Assembly: GCA_039621445.1 (NCBI GenBank)
Contig: CP154954.1
Span: 15,828,140-15,892,139 of the forward strand
Reading direction: 5' to 3'
Origin: Euglena gracilis
Lineage: Eukaryota
Length of the DNA stretch: 64,000 nt
The position numbers and the translations under genes are program-made. The notes beneath the pieces were generated by a model. It saw nothing but the letters and a program-made list of their open reading frames with translations. It did not search any database and had not been told where the DNA came from. How positions within the stretch are numbered: position 1 is the stretch's first letter; each line of letters begins with the position of its first letter. This document shows positions 42,201-56,145 of this stretch, in pieces.

Positions 42201-45200
42201 TGGTCACTAGTGGCTACTTCAGTCACTTTCCAAGAGCTATTTTAAAACCTTTCAAGGAGGGCGGTAGGGTCTGGGCAACCCCTCCTAACGTCCAGGGGGG
42301 GGTACAGACCAGGTTTTGAATAGTGCTAAGCTCTTAATAAGCGAGCACCCACCCCTTCATTGACCCCCCATATAAACCGGCCCACTCCATGGAGCTCTTT
42401 TGACTGAAATGCAAGGGTTTTGTGCGCGAAACGGGGCGCCAGGGGTCGAAAAATGCTCATTTTCGGCGAAAAAATCACCTTTTCTGGGTCCTGGAGGCCA
42501 AAAAACATCGTTTGGGGCAAAAAAAGTTTTTCGATTTTTTTCGACTTTTTTGTCCCGAAAATGATCCTAAGTGCATTGGTTTCGGGCCCAAAACGGGGCG
42601 GGCGCTGTTGGGTCGAAAAACGCTCATTTTCGGCTCAAAAACAGTTTTTCTGGGTCCGGGAGACCAAAAAACATCGTTTCGGGCAAAAAAAAATTCGATT
42701 TTTTTCGAATTTTTTTTGGCCGAAAACGGTGTCGAACAGTGGAAAAAGTGTACAAAATGGCCCAAATTGGCCGAAAAAATGGTCGTATCTCGGGCTAGGC
42801 CGTGAGCTGCGGGGAAACCAAAATACCAGTAGATAGAGCGTTCCAAGGGCTTTAATTTAGGTCTCCGGACATTTCCTTTGATCTGGCTTCATTTTGGAGA
42901 TATTTTGAAAATTGACATTTTTTGGCCGAAATGGCAGAGTCCGAAGGGTGGGGCTTATCCAGGGGCGGGCCGATCCTACCCAGTTTAGACCCCCCCCCCG
43001 CGTGAATAACTCGGGCCTGGCGGGGAGTTGGGGGTCAAACCCAGGTGATTCGGAAACTAGAAATCCAGTCGCTCGCGACTGGAAAAAAAATTCCGGGAAC
43101 TGGGCCGGGATCATGGTGATAATCCGTCGGTTCTCCTGGTGGCCCCGACCCGGGGAGGGGGGGAGGGGGGGGGAGTTCGGTGGGTGAGAGAGCCCCGCTC
43201 TCTCCGTGTCGTCTGTGGCCTGGCAACCCCCGGTCAAGTGACCTTGCGGCGTCACCCTTCCGGGACCAATTGGCCTGACACGTCGGGCAGCGTCCTTTCG
43301 GACTCGACTCCACTGCCCTCCCTGCTTGGGTAGCAGGGGCGCCCAAGTGACCACACGCCCGAAGGCGTGTGGGTGTCTGGCAGGCCCTTCCGGGGCCATG
43401 TTCCAGGACACTCGTCCACCTTGCTTGGGCGACTTTAGGTGGGTAGGCTCCACCCCGCCGCCGTGAGGTGTCCGGGACTGTGCAGCCCTGGCCGGGGGTC
43501 GGTGGTCTCTGCAGGGCACTGGAGGCTCGCTGGGGCCGGGTTGTTCGTGGCCGCCTGGGCACCCGGGCAACCGAGGGGGGCTCGTCATGGCCCCTGGGGC
43601 ACCCCTCCTCGGCTGCAGCTCCCTGTCAGCGGCCCCCAGCGCCCCTCGAGACCCCGGACCTCCGGCCGGAGCTGCCCAGCTGCAGGCACCCGCCGGGCTG
43701 CCTGGGCTTCCCCTGCCTGACCGGCCGCCCCTCCAGGCCCCCCCGGGGGTTGCCCGGACGGCACTGACGCCGCTTAGGATCCCTTCGGGGCGGTCGGCCC
43801 ACCCCACCCTCCTCCATGCCCACGCGCCGCGGGGAACAGCGTGTGGGTTTAGGAGGGGTGCGGCCAGCGTTGGCGGCATGCCTCGGCTCCTTGGCATGCC
43901 CCCGGGGTACCACCGTGCCACTGAGGCTGGAGGTGCAGGTCCGACTTGGTACCCCGGGAGGGGGGAGGGGGGTCGAGGGGGAGGGTTTCGCCAGGGGTAA
44001 GCTTCGCTCTTACCCTAAAGGGATAAGAGCTGACCCCCCCCTACCACCGACCTCAAAACTGAAGGGCTTCCCATCTATCCATTCCCACCCTGGGGGTGTG
44101 ACCTTCCTTAAAAAAGAAGCCCAATTTGTGTACAGCTCTGGGAACCCCCCACAGCCAATTGAACAAAAGGTCTTCCAATCATTTCCCTGCCATGAACCCT
44201 CGGGGTGGGGCTGTCAGGGATGGGCCCACCCGCAAACCCAAGCTGCTTCGCAAGCAGCGCAGAGGGAACGCGACGCACGATTCGGAAAGCTTGCAGAGCC
44301 TGCAGGAGCTTTCGAGCCAAGAGCACGAAAATTGGGGCCCTTGGCTCTGGGAAAACCGAGGGGATGGTCCACAGGCTTGAGCGGCACCGGCAAATGCCGG
44401 GCACTGTGGAATGCAGGCCAAAGTTTCTGTGTCTGCAGCACAGGTGTTTTTAGGCCATTGGCAGTTTCTGGGCGGCTGGCTTTTTTTCTTTTGCACGTCA
44501 ACTCCAGACACTGCGACCAACGGCGAGAGAGAGGGATATGTCTTCATCGGGAGAGAGTCATGGCCAGTTTTCCCCCCAGGACCCCCCCAGGACCCCCCCA
44601 GGACCCCCCCAGGACCCCCCCAGGACCCACCGGGGGGCGGCACCCAGATGACCCACTGACCGTGGAGTTCCGGGCGCCTTCGGCGCCCGCTACCGGGGGG
44701 GGCTCCCCCCCCCCCGGACCCCCCCGGGCTTCAAAATAACCTCATCTTGTGCTGCAAAAATTTTGCCAAAAAGTTGCGGGACCCCCCCAAGGCCCCCCCA
44801 CGACCCCCCCAGACCCCCCCAGGACACCCCCAGGGCCCCCCCCAGGCCCCCCCAGGACCCCCCCAAGACCCCCCCCCAGGACCCCCCCAAGACCCCCCCA
44901 GGACCCCCCCCAGGACCCCCCCAGGACCCCCCCAGGACCCCCCCCAGGACAGGGTCCTGGGGGGGGGGGGCCTGGCCATAAATGGAGAAGACCACCGTAT
45001 GGTTTACCTCCCCCCATGATGAACATTTTACTACGCCATCAAAAGATGAATCTTAACAGCAAAAAAAAACGAGAAAAATGCAAACAAGGTGCCAAAAAGA
45101 AAACCGGAGAAGATGGATCAATCAGCAGAAACTGTGCACAAAATGAAAAGCATGTAAATTCCAAGAGCATGTGAACAAAAGAGAACGCTGGAGTCCAGTA

Positions 45201-48200
45201 TCATTCTGGAGGAATGCTGGAAACAAAACCGGAAATTAGAAGGGGGAAAGCGAAGGGGCGGGTGTCATCAGGAACAAGGAATATGACGTTTGAGAGGTAT
45301 CCTCCATCATAAAGAATGGCTCACAATCACCTTCGCATAAGTTGTCATCCCCGCACCCATGCGCTCCCATTGTCCTTCAATCTTTTCCTTTGCCTTCACA
45401 AGACCACGAGGGGCCTTTCTTCCGGCGCCTTTAGTGCCGTGCGCCATTTTTGGTCATTTCCGGTCATCCCCCCCCCCCCGTTCCTGGCGTGCCCAGTGCC
45501 CAAAAACCAATCAGTGGACCAAACACCCCTGATGGTGGGGGGGGGGGGGGCGGGAAGTGGCACACACTAAGCAAACAGCGGGGTTTGCATGCTGTGCGTG
45601 GACGGTTTGTGTGAACCAGCCCGGCCTCCTTCTTTGCAGCCGCAGTGCAAGCCGCGGTGCAAGCCGCGGTGCAAGCCTCGTGGACCTGGGGGAAGACGTA
45701 GCTGGGGGATGGTGTTGCGGCCAGGCTGCTGTTCTTATTGAACATGCGCTGGGTGGCTTTGCATTCTTGTCCCTTTCAATAGCTGTCCCCCAACCTCAGC
45801 ACCGCCAAGCAGGGGTTTTCTAAGAGAAATCCACCAGGCTTTTGCTTAAGGACCCGGGGGGGGGGGTCCACTGGCTAGCCACTATTGCTGGAGGTGGGGA
45901 AAATGGACTGGCTAGACCCCCCTCCTCCCCGGGGGTCTCCCCCCGGCTGGAAAAAATTCCTCCAGCGCTGCGCACCCAGGTGGGAATGAGGTTTTAATTG
46001 CATTTTTGGCTGATTTTGTTCCAAAAAGAAATCCCAAATTGGGCATTTTTGGCCATTTTGGGGGGCCAAAATTTTCGGCGCTTCGCGCCGGTCACTGGGA
46101 CAAATTTTTACACTGGATGACCCGGCTAGCGGACCCCGCTCCTGGGGATTTCTACCAGCCAACACAATTTGGACCAGCTGCAGCCCAGCCCCCCCCCCCC
46201 CCCGGATACTGCGAAACCTTTACCTCTACGAGGAGGGGGGGTCCCGCGGACTGGCTGGAATAAGGATGCTGTGCCGCCTGCCCGGCTGGATCCCAGAAAC
46301 CAGACAAAAAGGCCCAAATCCATCTGGGTTGCATTCAGCCAAAAATCTGGAGGTGAAAACCAAAAACCTCAAGAGTGCCGTTTTTTGGGGGCTGTTTTTG
46401 ACTCCTTTTCTTCTAAAAAATTTTCCGTGCGTTTTCTTCCAAAAAAATTCTGGCCCATTCCTCTTCGCCACTGTCGCCAGTGACGCAGTCGCCAGGCTGC
46501 CCCAACTTCATTTCAGTAGACCCGGGGGGGGGTGTTCAATGGAACGTCTTTGAAGTCTTGATTCTGATGAAATACGTTGAAGGTAACCCTGTTCCCCTGC
46601 ATTGAGGAAGAAAACAGCCTTCTTGCAATCGCTTTAAAATATATGCGGTCGCGTTGCCCAGGAAACGATGCCCCAGCCCAGCAAGAGGGGGCAGCTGGCG
46701 GATGACGTGGGTTGCGAATGGGCGAGGACAAGGCTCCCCATCCAACCAGTGCGGACACACAAGAGGCAAAGGGCAGCAGAACGCAGTTTTTGATGGCGCG
46801 ACCCAGATGGTTGTGTCCAGGTTGATGCGCATGTTCCTCACCGAGCGACGTGACGAGGTCGAGGGTGAGATTGGTGCTGTCGAATGTCAAGCAGGTTGGA
46901 AGCACACCCCGGACGGTACGACAATTGGTACTGGTGCTGACGCACTGTCTCAATGGGTTAGGGTGCAGCTGCCCGTTAGGACAAGGAGTGATATTACATT
47001 ACATACCACATACTGTGTTTGCCAGCCAACCGCACACAACACACTGACGAGTGTTCATGCGCGCATATGATGTTCTTGGACCTATGATGTTTTTGGGCGT
47101 GAGGCATGTTGGTATGTGCAATTGCACACACAAACAAATTTTTGGTACATATTATGGATTCCATTCTGGTCTGGTGACAGGTCCCAGGAAAGGTAGAGAC
47201 AGAGGATCTCCTGAAGGTGGGAGCAGCCACCCAATAACGGCGCACGTCCGCTGGCACCGATTTTAGGATCCCAACGGCCCTGCCTCTGGCCACAGCCTGG
47301 GCTCCGCTGCTGCAGCTACACTAGCTGCTGATGCTTCAGCACCCACCAGGCCGGCATCGACCTCCCCAGTGCAACAGTACCGTACCCACCGAAGCAGACA
47401 TGTTGTTCACCAACCCATAATACCAGGTGTTAGAGGAGACAATGTGGTCATTGGGGTTGAACCCCTTCAGAAGCCACTAAAGGTTGTTGAAGGGCCGAGT
47501 GATGCCGCTTTTTATTACTCCATTGGTGGTTAATTTGTGCATTAGTGCGCCAGTGCGCAAATGACCCACTTCTGAATTTCTGCAAATGGCTCATTTGCGC
47601 CTTGGCGCCCACGAACAACGTGATGTGCGCTTTAGGACAAACGAACCACCAGCGATTCACCGGCGTTTGACGGTTGTATATTTTGTCACAACGTTTATGA
47701 GCAAACTGTGTTCATGGGCATAAATGCGCACACAAAAAATTTTGAGCGCGCTTTAGCTCCCAAGAACTGACGCCGTCGATAAACGGTGTGACAAACCCAC
47801 CAAAATATACTTCTGGACGGCCTGCTGGTCTGCGCCGTCACAACCCAATTGTTTATCGACCACATCATCTTCGGCGCAAGCACACAATTTCATTTATGGG
47901 CGCAAATGCGCGCACAAACAAAATTGTGTTTGTGCGCGCATTTGCACCCATCAAGACAATTTTGTTTGTGCGTGCATTAGCGCCCACGGTTTGTTTGCTA
48001 GGTTCTTTGCAACTAAACTGAATTCCCAGTACAGGTTGGGCGGGAATTCCCCTCAGTTGGCTGTCCCCAAAACAGGAATTTGCTCATTTTTTGCCCTATC
48101 TCTTCGCTGTGTTTCCAAAGCCCTAGTTACGCAGCCCAAAAAAGTTTCGTCTCAATTTTCACAAATGCGCAAACTAACACAAAAAAAGGCTTAAATGCGA

Positions 48201-48783
48201 ATTTGGCTACCTAAGATGCAACCCCATGAAAAAGGAGAGAGTTAACAACAAGGCCTGTCAACCATGGCAAGAATTTTGTGATACTACAGGGGAACACACG
48301 GTTTGCACATGGAACTTGCGGGGGAAGATGCAAGGCACAAAAACCCCCGACATTCGACCAGAGTGTATAATTCCACTGATATTTTGGGCAACGTGTCGGT
48401 CCAGCTGAGGTGCCTTGTGCTGGTCAATCCCAGAGGGCTTTGCACAAATGGCACAGCGACACCACGCCGGCTGACAACCAAAACACACAAACACACATGC
48501 ACCCGCGAGCGCACGCACGCACGCACGCACACGCACACGCACACACACGCGCGCGCGCACGCACGTGCGTACAAGCACGCACAGCCACGTGTGGGCAGGA
48601 ACAAACAGTGTACAGATGCGGCTTGCCAGGTAGGGCTGCAACGAACGACCCAGCCACTGTCTCACACCTGAGATTATCCGCTTATTTAATTATTTAATTG
48701 ATTAATTCAAGTGTTCATTATCATTAATCTAATTATTTTGAGTGGCATTTCCCTAACGGATTTTTTGTTATTAATTTAATTTA

Positions 48784-48834
<51 letters not shown>

Positions 48835-51800
48835 ATTTGCTTTTATTTTGTCAATTTAGAAGATGCATGAACTGACTAAGCCATCTCTTGAGGACCTCCT
48901 GGCCAGAGCATTGTTTTTAAGCACCTTAAAAATCCTCAAAATGTCTTGCAATTTGCCTTACAGTTTTTGGCCAAAATTCCTTAAAAATTGGGACTAGCAG
49001 AATTTTCTTCTACTGAGCAAAAATGAAATTGTCCAAAAAAATTTGCAAAAACAGATCAGGGAAGGAAAATGATTTCTGGCATCGCTAAAACATCATCCAT
49101 TTGACCAAAATTCGAAAAAAAAAAAAGAGGTTTGATTTTTTTTTGATTTCGGACTGTGCGCAAAAATCAAAAACGTTGGTTTGATGTCCAGACCGCCTTG
49201 GACCCTTAAAAAAAAAATGCCTTAAAATGCCTTAGGGGGGGAATGCCTCGGGGTTCAGGCCAATTTCACTGTCTGTCTGGAAAGCCAGCAGCTTGAGGCT
49301 GCCCCACCCTCTCCATCAGGGGGGGGGGTCTGAAAAACAAAAGGGGGACAAGGGCTGGGACAAGGGACAAGGGAGGTGAGGTCTTGTGAACTGTTCCAGA
49401 AGTCCCAGTCAGGAGCATTTGAATACCCCCCCCCCGGGGGAAGGCATCATCTGGCAAATACGAGTGGCCTTGGTGACAAATATCAGGGTCAGAAAATAAT
49501 AATATTTTTGCAAAATTACACTGAAATAATGCATCTTTAATGAAATTCCTCACATATTTTTTGTGAGAAACACCAAAATATTTTCGCCATAACCACTCAA
49601 TGGTCGAAGAAGGAAGGTGCTTCATGGATGAAAGTTAGGGCACACCAGAGCAGGTGTCAACTCAATATCCAAGGCACAATGACCTAGTTTGTGTGTTTGG
49701 GAACCTTCCAACGGCTGCCTCTTTAAGTTGGTGAATTGCTTGAACAATTCGGAGCAGGTGAGACGGAGGCCAGCAAGCTGTCATGAACACTTTGATCTTA
49801 CAAAAAAAAGTGGGTTGTTTAGCACAATTGCGAAAAGGAACCACTTTTGCAGAAAAACTGAACAGCACGTTTGCGCAACTGCTAGAGCGGGCGGTTCCCA
49901 CAAGGCTTAGGTGGTTCCTTTGCACTTACAAACCAAGCAGGTGCTCTTTAGAGGGTTAATCGAACATATCGAGGTTCGGATGGGGAAATTAGGAGTTGCC
50001 TGGAAATTCCAGTTTCAACCCATGCCATTTTAAATGGTTTAAGATGGAACATGATGGGTTCAAACATGTATTCACACTGCAATGAGGGGGGGGGCGCCAT
50101 TTGTTGGCGCCATCCGTTCTCACACTGTAAAACAAAACGTGATTAATCATTGATCAAACGTGATTAATAATTAGTCAAATAATTAAATAATTAATCAGCT
50201 AATTAAATTGTTGACCCAAATTGGCCAGTTAACACACCAACTTTGTTCAAACCCCCCAAAAAACCTGGCGTGGTCCTTGCTCCTAACAGTGGCCAAATAA
50301 CTTGGCGGCGGGTGGGGCAAAAAATGATGGTTCCAGTAACTTGGCACCCCCCCTTTTTAAGGCAAAGTTCCTTTATGACGTTGAAAAAAGGGCCGAAATA
50401 ACCTGGCAGGGGGGGGGCAGGGCCAAAAGTTGGTTCCAGTAGCCTGGCACTGCCCCCACCAGTTGGGGGGGGGGGGGGGGTTAGTGCGACCGCGGCGCCA
50501 AAGGCGCCACTGTCCCTGAGCAAGGGCGGTCTTTGACAAAAAAAAAGACTTCCCATCCCAGCACATTCAATGAAAAATTCGTAGGAAAAAGGAACGAAAA
50601 AATGGCCATATATTTTGGCGAAAATGGGTCGACTTCAGAGAAAAAAGTGATTTCTGGCACCCAAAACGTCAAAAAATGTGTTTTTGGATTTTTTCTTATT
50701 TTTGACCCCGTTCAATCCCGGATTGGCCGGGGCCCTTAAGGGAAAAAACTTTCCGTCCCTTATTGCGCTGAGCTTGGGCTCCCCCTAAATTGTCCTTGTG
50801 AAAGAGGCTTTCAACAACAGGAAGCACAAAATTTTGTAGCGAGCCTCACTGCGCTAGTGTGAAACTACAGAAAAGTTCAAAGCAATTTGTATTTGATTGA
50901 AACTGGGCAGTTTTTTTTGGTCAATCCACCTGGGGTTAAAAATGAAAAACCAAATAAGAAATAAATATAAATATAACAATTAGCCACACTCACAAAAACA
51001 AATCAACTCGCATTCAGCACTGACACCATGAGGACATGCCCCGGGCATGTCCCAATGCCCTAATGTCATTATGGCATGTCTTTATGGCACAAAAAAGTGT
51101 GAGGATGAAAGACATTTGAACTTCATGACGGCGTTGGGTCGTGGGGGAAACCATCGAGTGGGTGTGTTTATGACTTAAAAACGTCCGCATTCGGGGGGGG
51201 TATACCCACCAAGCTGTCACCTGACAGGTTGGCCAGTACCGGGGACCCTGACAACTTCCTGTCATGACAGGTTGGCTGGTACCAAGGACCCTGACAGTTT
51301 CCCGGGGGGACCCAGACATTTTCCTGGGCAAAGAATTTCAAGGGAAAATAAATGAAAATGACCCTGACAGGTTCGACGGTACCAGGGGCCGGTAACAGTT
51401 ACCCTGACAGTTTCCTTGGCGGGACCCAGACCGGTTCTCGGGCATGATAATTTCCCAGGGTGGGGGGTAGGTATAATGCAACACTCTGACGTGGTTCTTT
51501 GACCAACTAAGACATGCTGCACAAACACTCGAGTTCGTGGATTCTGTTTCCACTATCCTCCTGTCTCAGAATTCTTCGTTGTCAAGGCCTTGAAAAATGA
51601 AATTAACTTTGGGACGCTTGTCAAATAAACCACATGATAAATCATGCACCATTTTGAATCGTTCCTTTGCGTAATTGCGAACTTCACAACTTTTATTCTC
51701 CAGATCCAAACAGGTCGACTTAGGAGGCTGTTGGTTGATTTGAAGTGGTTCCTTTGTGAAATTGTGCAAAAAGAACAGAGAAGGTTCCTTTGAGAATTTG

Positions 51801-54800
51801 CACAAAGGATGGGTGTTACAGAGTCTCAACTTAAGTGGGGTGATGTGGCAAACCTGCCACACAGCTCAACAAACTGGTGGAAGCCCATCAGTGCTCTTTG
51901 TCCTTTTCATCTACGAGAAACCTTCTCCAGGAGTTAGCTTCCACACAGGGGTTCAAAATTCCACAACATATTTTGAGGGGAAAAAAACACCAAATTCCGC
52001 CCTTTCCCAGGTTTCACCCCGAAAACTGTGGAACTGCACAGGCCGCCATGCAACCGGGAATTCAGAAGCCTAACTCCCTTGAAATCAAAAAACACTTTCC
52101 TTTGCGCAAATGTGCACGGGAACACGAAGGCATAAACCCTACAAATATAAAGCCCCCCCCCGGCTTTGTATTTGGGTCAGATTTCAAGACCCTCAGAGGG
52201 GGCTTTGCATTCGGGGGGGGTTAAGCGCGAGATCTACCACCTAAGATGTTGGGGGGGCTGAAACCTATTTCTAACACAAACGTTATGAATTATGGCAAAT
52301 CCTGAACCGTGCAGTGACGGTATCAGCAGGGATGCAGACCTGTCACCTTAGGGCTGTCTCCCCCTGCTTATCTGCCCCCCCCCTTGCCCAACAACGGTTT
52401 CCTACAACCTGCGACATGGGGGAGGGGGGGGGGGCTCAGAGGCACTCCCTCACCTGCAAGCCCAACCAAGGTTGATGGGTATATAGGTGGACGGTGTGCA
52501 ACGGGGGGACCAAAGGAAGCACCCGGCCAAAGCCACTGCTTTGGTGCTGGCCCGCCTTTTCAGTCAAACGGAAAGGGGCAACCAGCAGCAGTAGCGGCTA
52601 CCGGGGGGGGGGGGGGGGGGAGGGGGGAGTTGTCAGTGATCCGGTTTGGAGTGCCGCCACGGCAAGCGTCAGCCATTCTCATTCCCATCGACCGCCATCC
52701 AGATGGGGAACTGGCACAGATTCACTGAACCTCTGCGCGACCCATGTGGGGCAGGCTTTCAAAGGCAGGTGTTTGGAATTGGTGTTTGGCATGGTGGGGT
52801 GCTTTGAAAAATGGCGCTGGTGGGTCTGGGGGGGCGGGGGTGTTGGACTTAACTGGAGCCCGAAAGCAGCAAAAAAAAAAAACAGTCCAAATACAGCTAG
52901 GTTGAGATTAGGGAATTTCTTAAGGACCCCCCCCAGGGGAGGGCCCAGCCTCCGGCTGGCAAAAAGGCTGCTGGCTGGACCCCCCTGGGGGGAGGGGGGG
53001 GGGAGGGGGGGTCCGGGGCTGGAGGGGGCTGGGCTGGGCTGGGTCGATGAAAACCAAAATTTTCTAAAACATTTTTTTCATTTTCGACATTTTGATGGAT
53101 GGAGCTAGATCAAGGGCGGGGGGCTGTGATGGAGGAAGCTGTGATGAGGGGAAAACAAGCATGGATAGGTGAGCTGGGCAGCCCAGCTGGCTGGCCAGCC
53201 TGCGGCCGCCTGGCCCGGCCTCCGGCCGCCTGGCCCGGCCTCCGGCCGGGCTGGACCCGACCGGGGGGAGCAGTTTTTCCCAGGCCCAAACCCACCCAGA
53301 ATGTTTCCCGCAAAAAAAATCCCATTCGACGTTTTTCCCCCTCCGGTGTCTCCTTGCCTCTCCAGTATCGCCTTGGATGTGAGGAATGGCTGGGGCTGTC
53401 AGCAAGTCCAACTGGCCTGGGAGGGTGGACGTGCCACCCATCCATAGAACAAGCCGCTGATGGCGCAAAAAAGCCAATGGCTGGGGTGGGCGGAGGGGTC
53501 CAGGCCCACATGGGTGGCAGTTGCAGCACAGGGTTGTCCTGCCTCATATTTAAAAAGAAAAAAAAACAAACCAACAACCTCTGGGAAAACGTCTCCAGAC
53601 AAGTCAGGTGAGAGACACAGGTACACAGGTCCAGAGAGAGGTAAAACCCCCCTAATTGTAGAGCGGGTGCTCTTGTAGTGGACGCTCGCTTCGCCAGAGG
53701 GGGGGTGCTCTTCTTCTTGTAATGGACATCACACACATTTTCCTACAGCCTCCCTTCCTCCACCTAAACCGGCAACCAAGTGCCAACGGCAGCCGACGTT
53801 GGGGGAATTGTTCAGCCGCTGAGCTCTGGGAAGCTTGTCTTTTTGAGGCAAGTTACAAACCTTTTCACAATCACATGGAATGACTTGCCTCGCTTCTGCT
53901 TCCATTGGTTTTCCAGGGGGATGCTCTTGTAGTGGACGCTCGCTTCGCCAGAGGGGGGGTGCTCTACTATTTGGACCCTGCTCTTGTACAGGGCACGCCC
54001 TACTATTAGGGGGGGTTACACAGGTGGAAACAGGTCCCTAAAAGGACAGATCAGCGTGTATGGGGGTAGAGGACAGTTTCCGGGGAGGGGGGGGGGCAGG
54101 TATATGCATCAGCCTGTGCTACTGGCCTTGTCCCGTTGAGAAATGATTTTTGTCATCATAAATTACCTTTACAACAGAGCAACAAAGGGAAGGTTCTCTC
54201 TATCTATGAGTTCAAAAATGTGAGATATTTAGATCGTTTCCAGGGTTTTTAAACCTGGAGGGAGGGTAAATCGTGCAGAGAAAAAAATGAGCAACTCTGG
54301 GGGGAGCAGCAGCTGGTCACTTAGAAAATTAGAGAAGACTAAGAGTTGATGAAAAATATTGTGGAAAAAATAGTTTGATGAATTTTCTATTCTGGATGAT
54401 TATTTTTGCTAAAGATTAATGATCAACTATTTTTTGCACTCTTTTGCCACGTGTCGATCAGTTTTATACTTACGCTTCATTGAAAGAATCGAACAAATGA
54501 AGGCTGTTTTCCATCAAAATGCCAACATTTGCCGACATCCATGCATTCTCTGGCCATCAAGACCAGTTTCCAACCATTTTTGATCAATTTAGGATGGATC
54601 CTTCATAGGAGGGTGTCAAGGAATTGACAGTGGTCGAAAATTAAATTAAAAAATTGAAAAAAATAAAAAAAAGAAATCAACAAGTGTGAAGAAATTAAGG
54701 TAAGAGTTGGGGGACTTTACCAAAATTTCTCTCCGCCCGATGAGGCGGGGGACGCCGGACTTGCCGGAGCGGACCAGAAAGCCGGCTGTGTCGTGGCAGA

Positions 54801-56038
54801 AAAGACCACCGCATGAGACCATCACAAGAGGTTCATTATTTACGGGATTCGGGCGACACAACTTCAGAAAGTAAATATCAAATAATTTTCACTCCGAGGC
54901 CGCCGCGGGAGAGGGCTTATCATTGTGGGCATATGCCAGACAGAGCCAAAACAACCTTCAAAATAAAAGGAAGGCAGTTCCCTCCCCCGTCCAGTCTCGA
55001 GCCTGGCCATGGGAACAAAATTCATGAGAACCCCGCGCTGTCTCCTGTCGAGACGAGGGGAAAATACAGAGTCATTGCATCACCCTTGCTGCAGCAAGGG
55101 CATTGGAAACCCCTCGGGTGCCATCCACAAGAGGGGGAATTTCGCCCAGAAAACCACATTTTTTTGACCAGTTGAGTCGTTCAGCCGTTCTGTTCATTTT
55201 TTTTTATGCATGAGTTGGCCGAGTGCAAATGACCAAGTGGCCCAACTGCGTGACCAAGGGCACCAAAGAAAATCTGCACCCGAGTAATCTGGGGACGTTT
55301 TATCCTCAACCCTGAGGAGTGTGTGAACACCAGAACCCACCCGCCACCCCAGCTACCCAAACAGTCCCACAGTGCATTGATGGGCTGATATGGAAAGGCA
55401 GCACACAAATTTTGTCGGAATGGCAGCAGCAGACCTGAAACTCAGGTTGGAGGGGCTGTTCGGCAGCTTCCTTCCCCAGGGTTGGGCGGGAAGGGCTGGG
55501 AGGGGGGAAAGCCACGAAAGGACACTGCAAAGATGGAGTTTCAACACCAACCAAGGCCGGGTCCTGGCATCCAACACCCCAGGAGGCAAGCCAGAGGTCA
55601 GAGGGCTGCGAAGTGCCCGCAAGGCAGGAACCCCGCACCGCTTGAACCGAACCAGGGGCCACTGGGCTTCGGCTGCGGAGGACACACTCAGAGCATTGGG
55701 CAGGTGGGTGCCTGACCGGGGTGTTGGTGAGGGAGGTTTGACACATGGGTGCCGGCCAAAGAACCCGGAAGCTACTGGATGTATGCGGCCTCCCTCATGT
55801 TTATTTTTATTTTATTATTTTTGTTATGTTTTTTATTTATTTTTTATTTTTATTATTATGATTATTATTATTATTATTATTATTAGTAGTAGTATTATGT
55901 AGTAGTAGTGTAGTAGTGTAGTAGTAGTATCGTAGTAGTGTAGTAGTAGTAGTATGTAGTAGCAGTAGTGTAGTAGAAGTAGTAGTGTAGTAGTAGTAGT
56001 AGTAGTAATAGTATTAGTATTAATTAATATTTATTATT

Positions 56039-56093
<55 letters not shown>

Positions 56094-56114
56094 TTCATTC
56101 ATTTATTTATTCAT

Positions 56115-56145
<31 letters not shown>

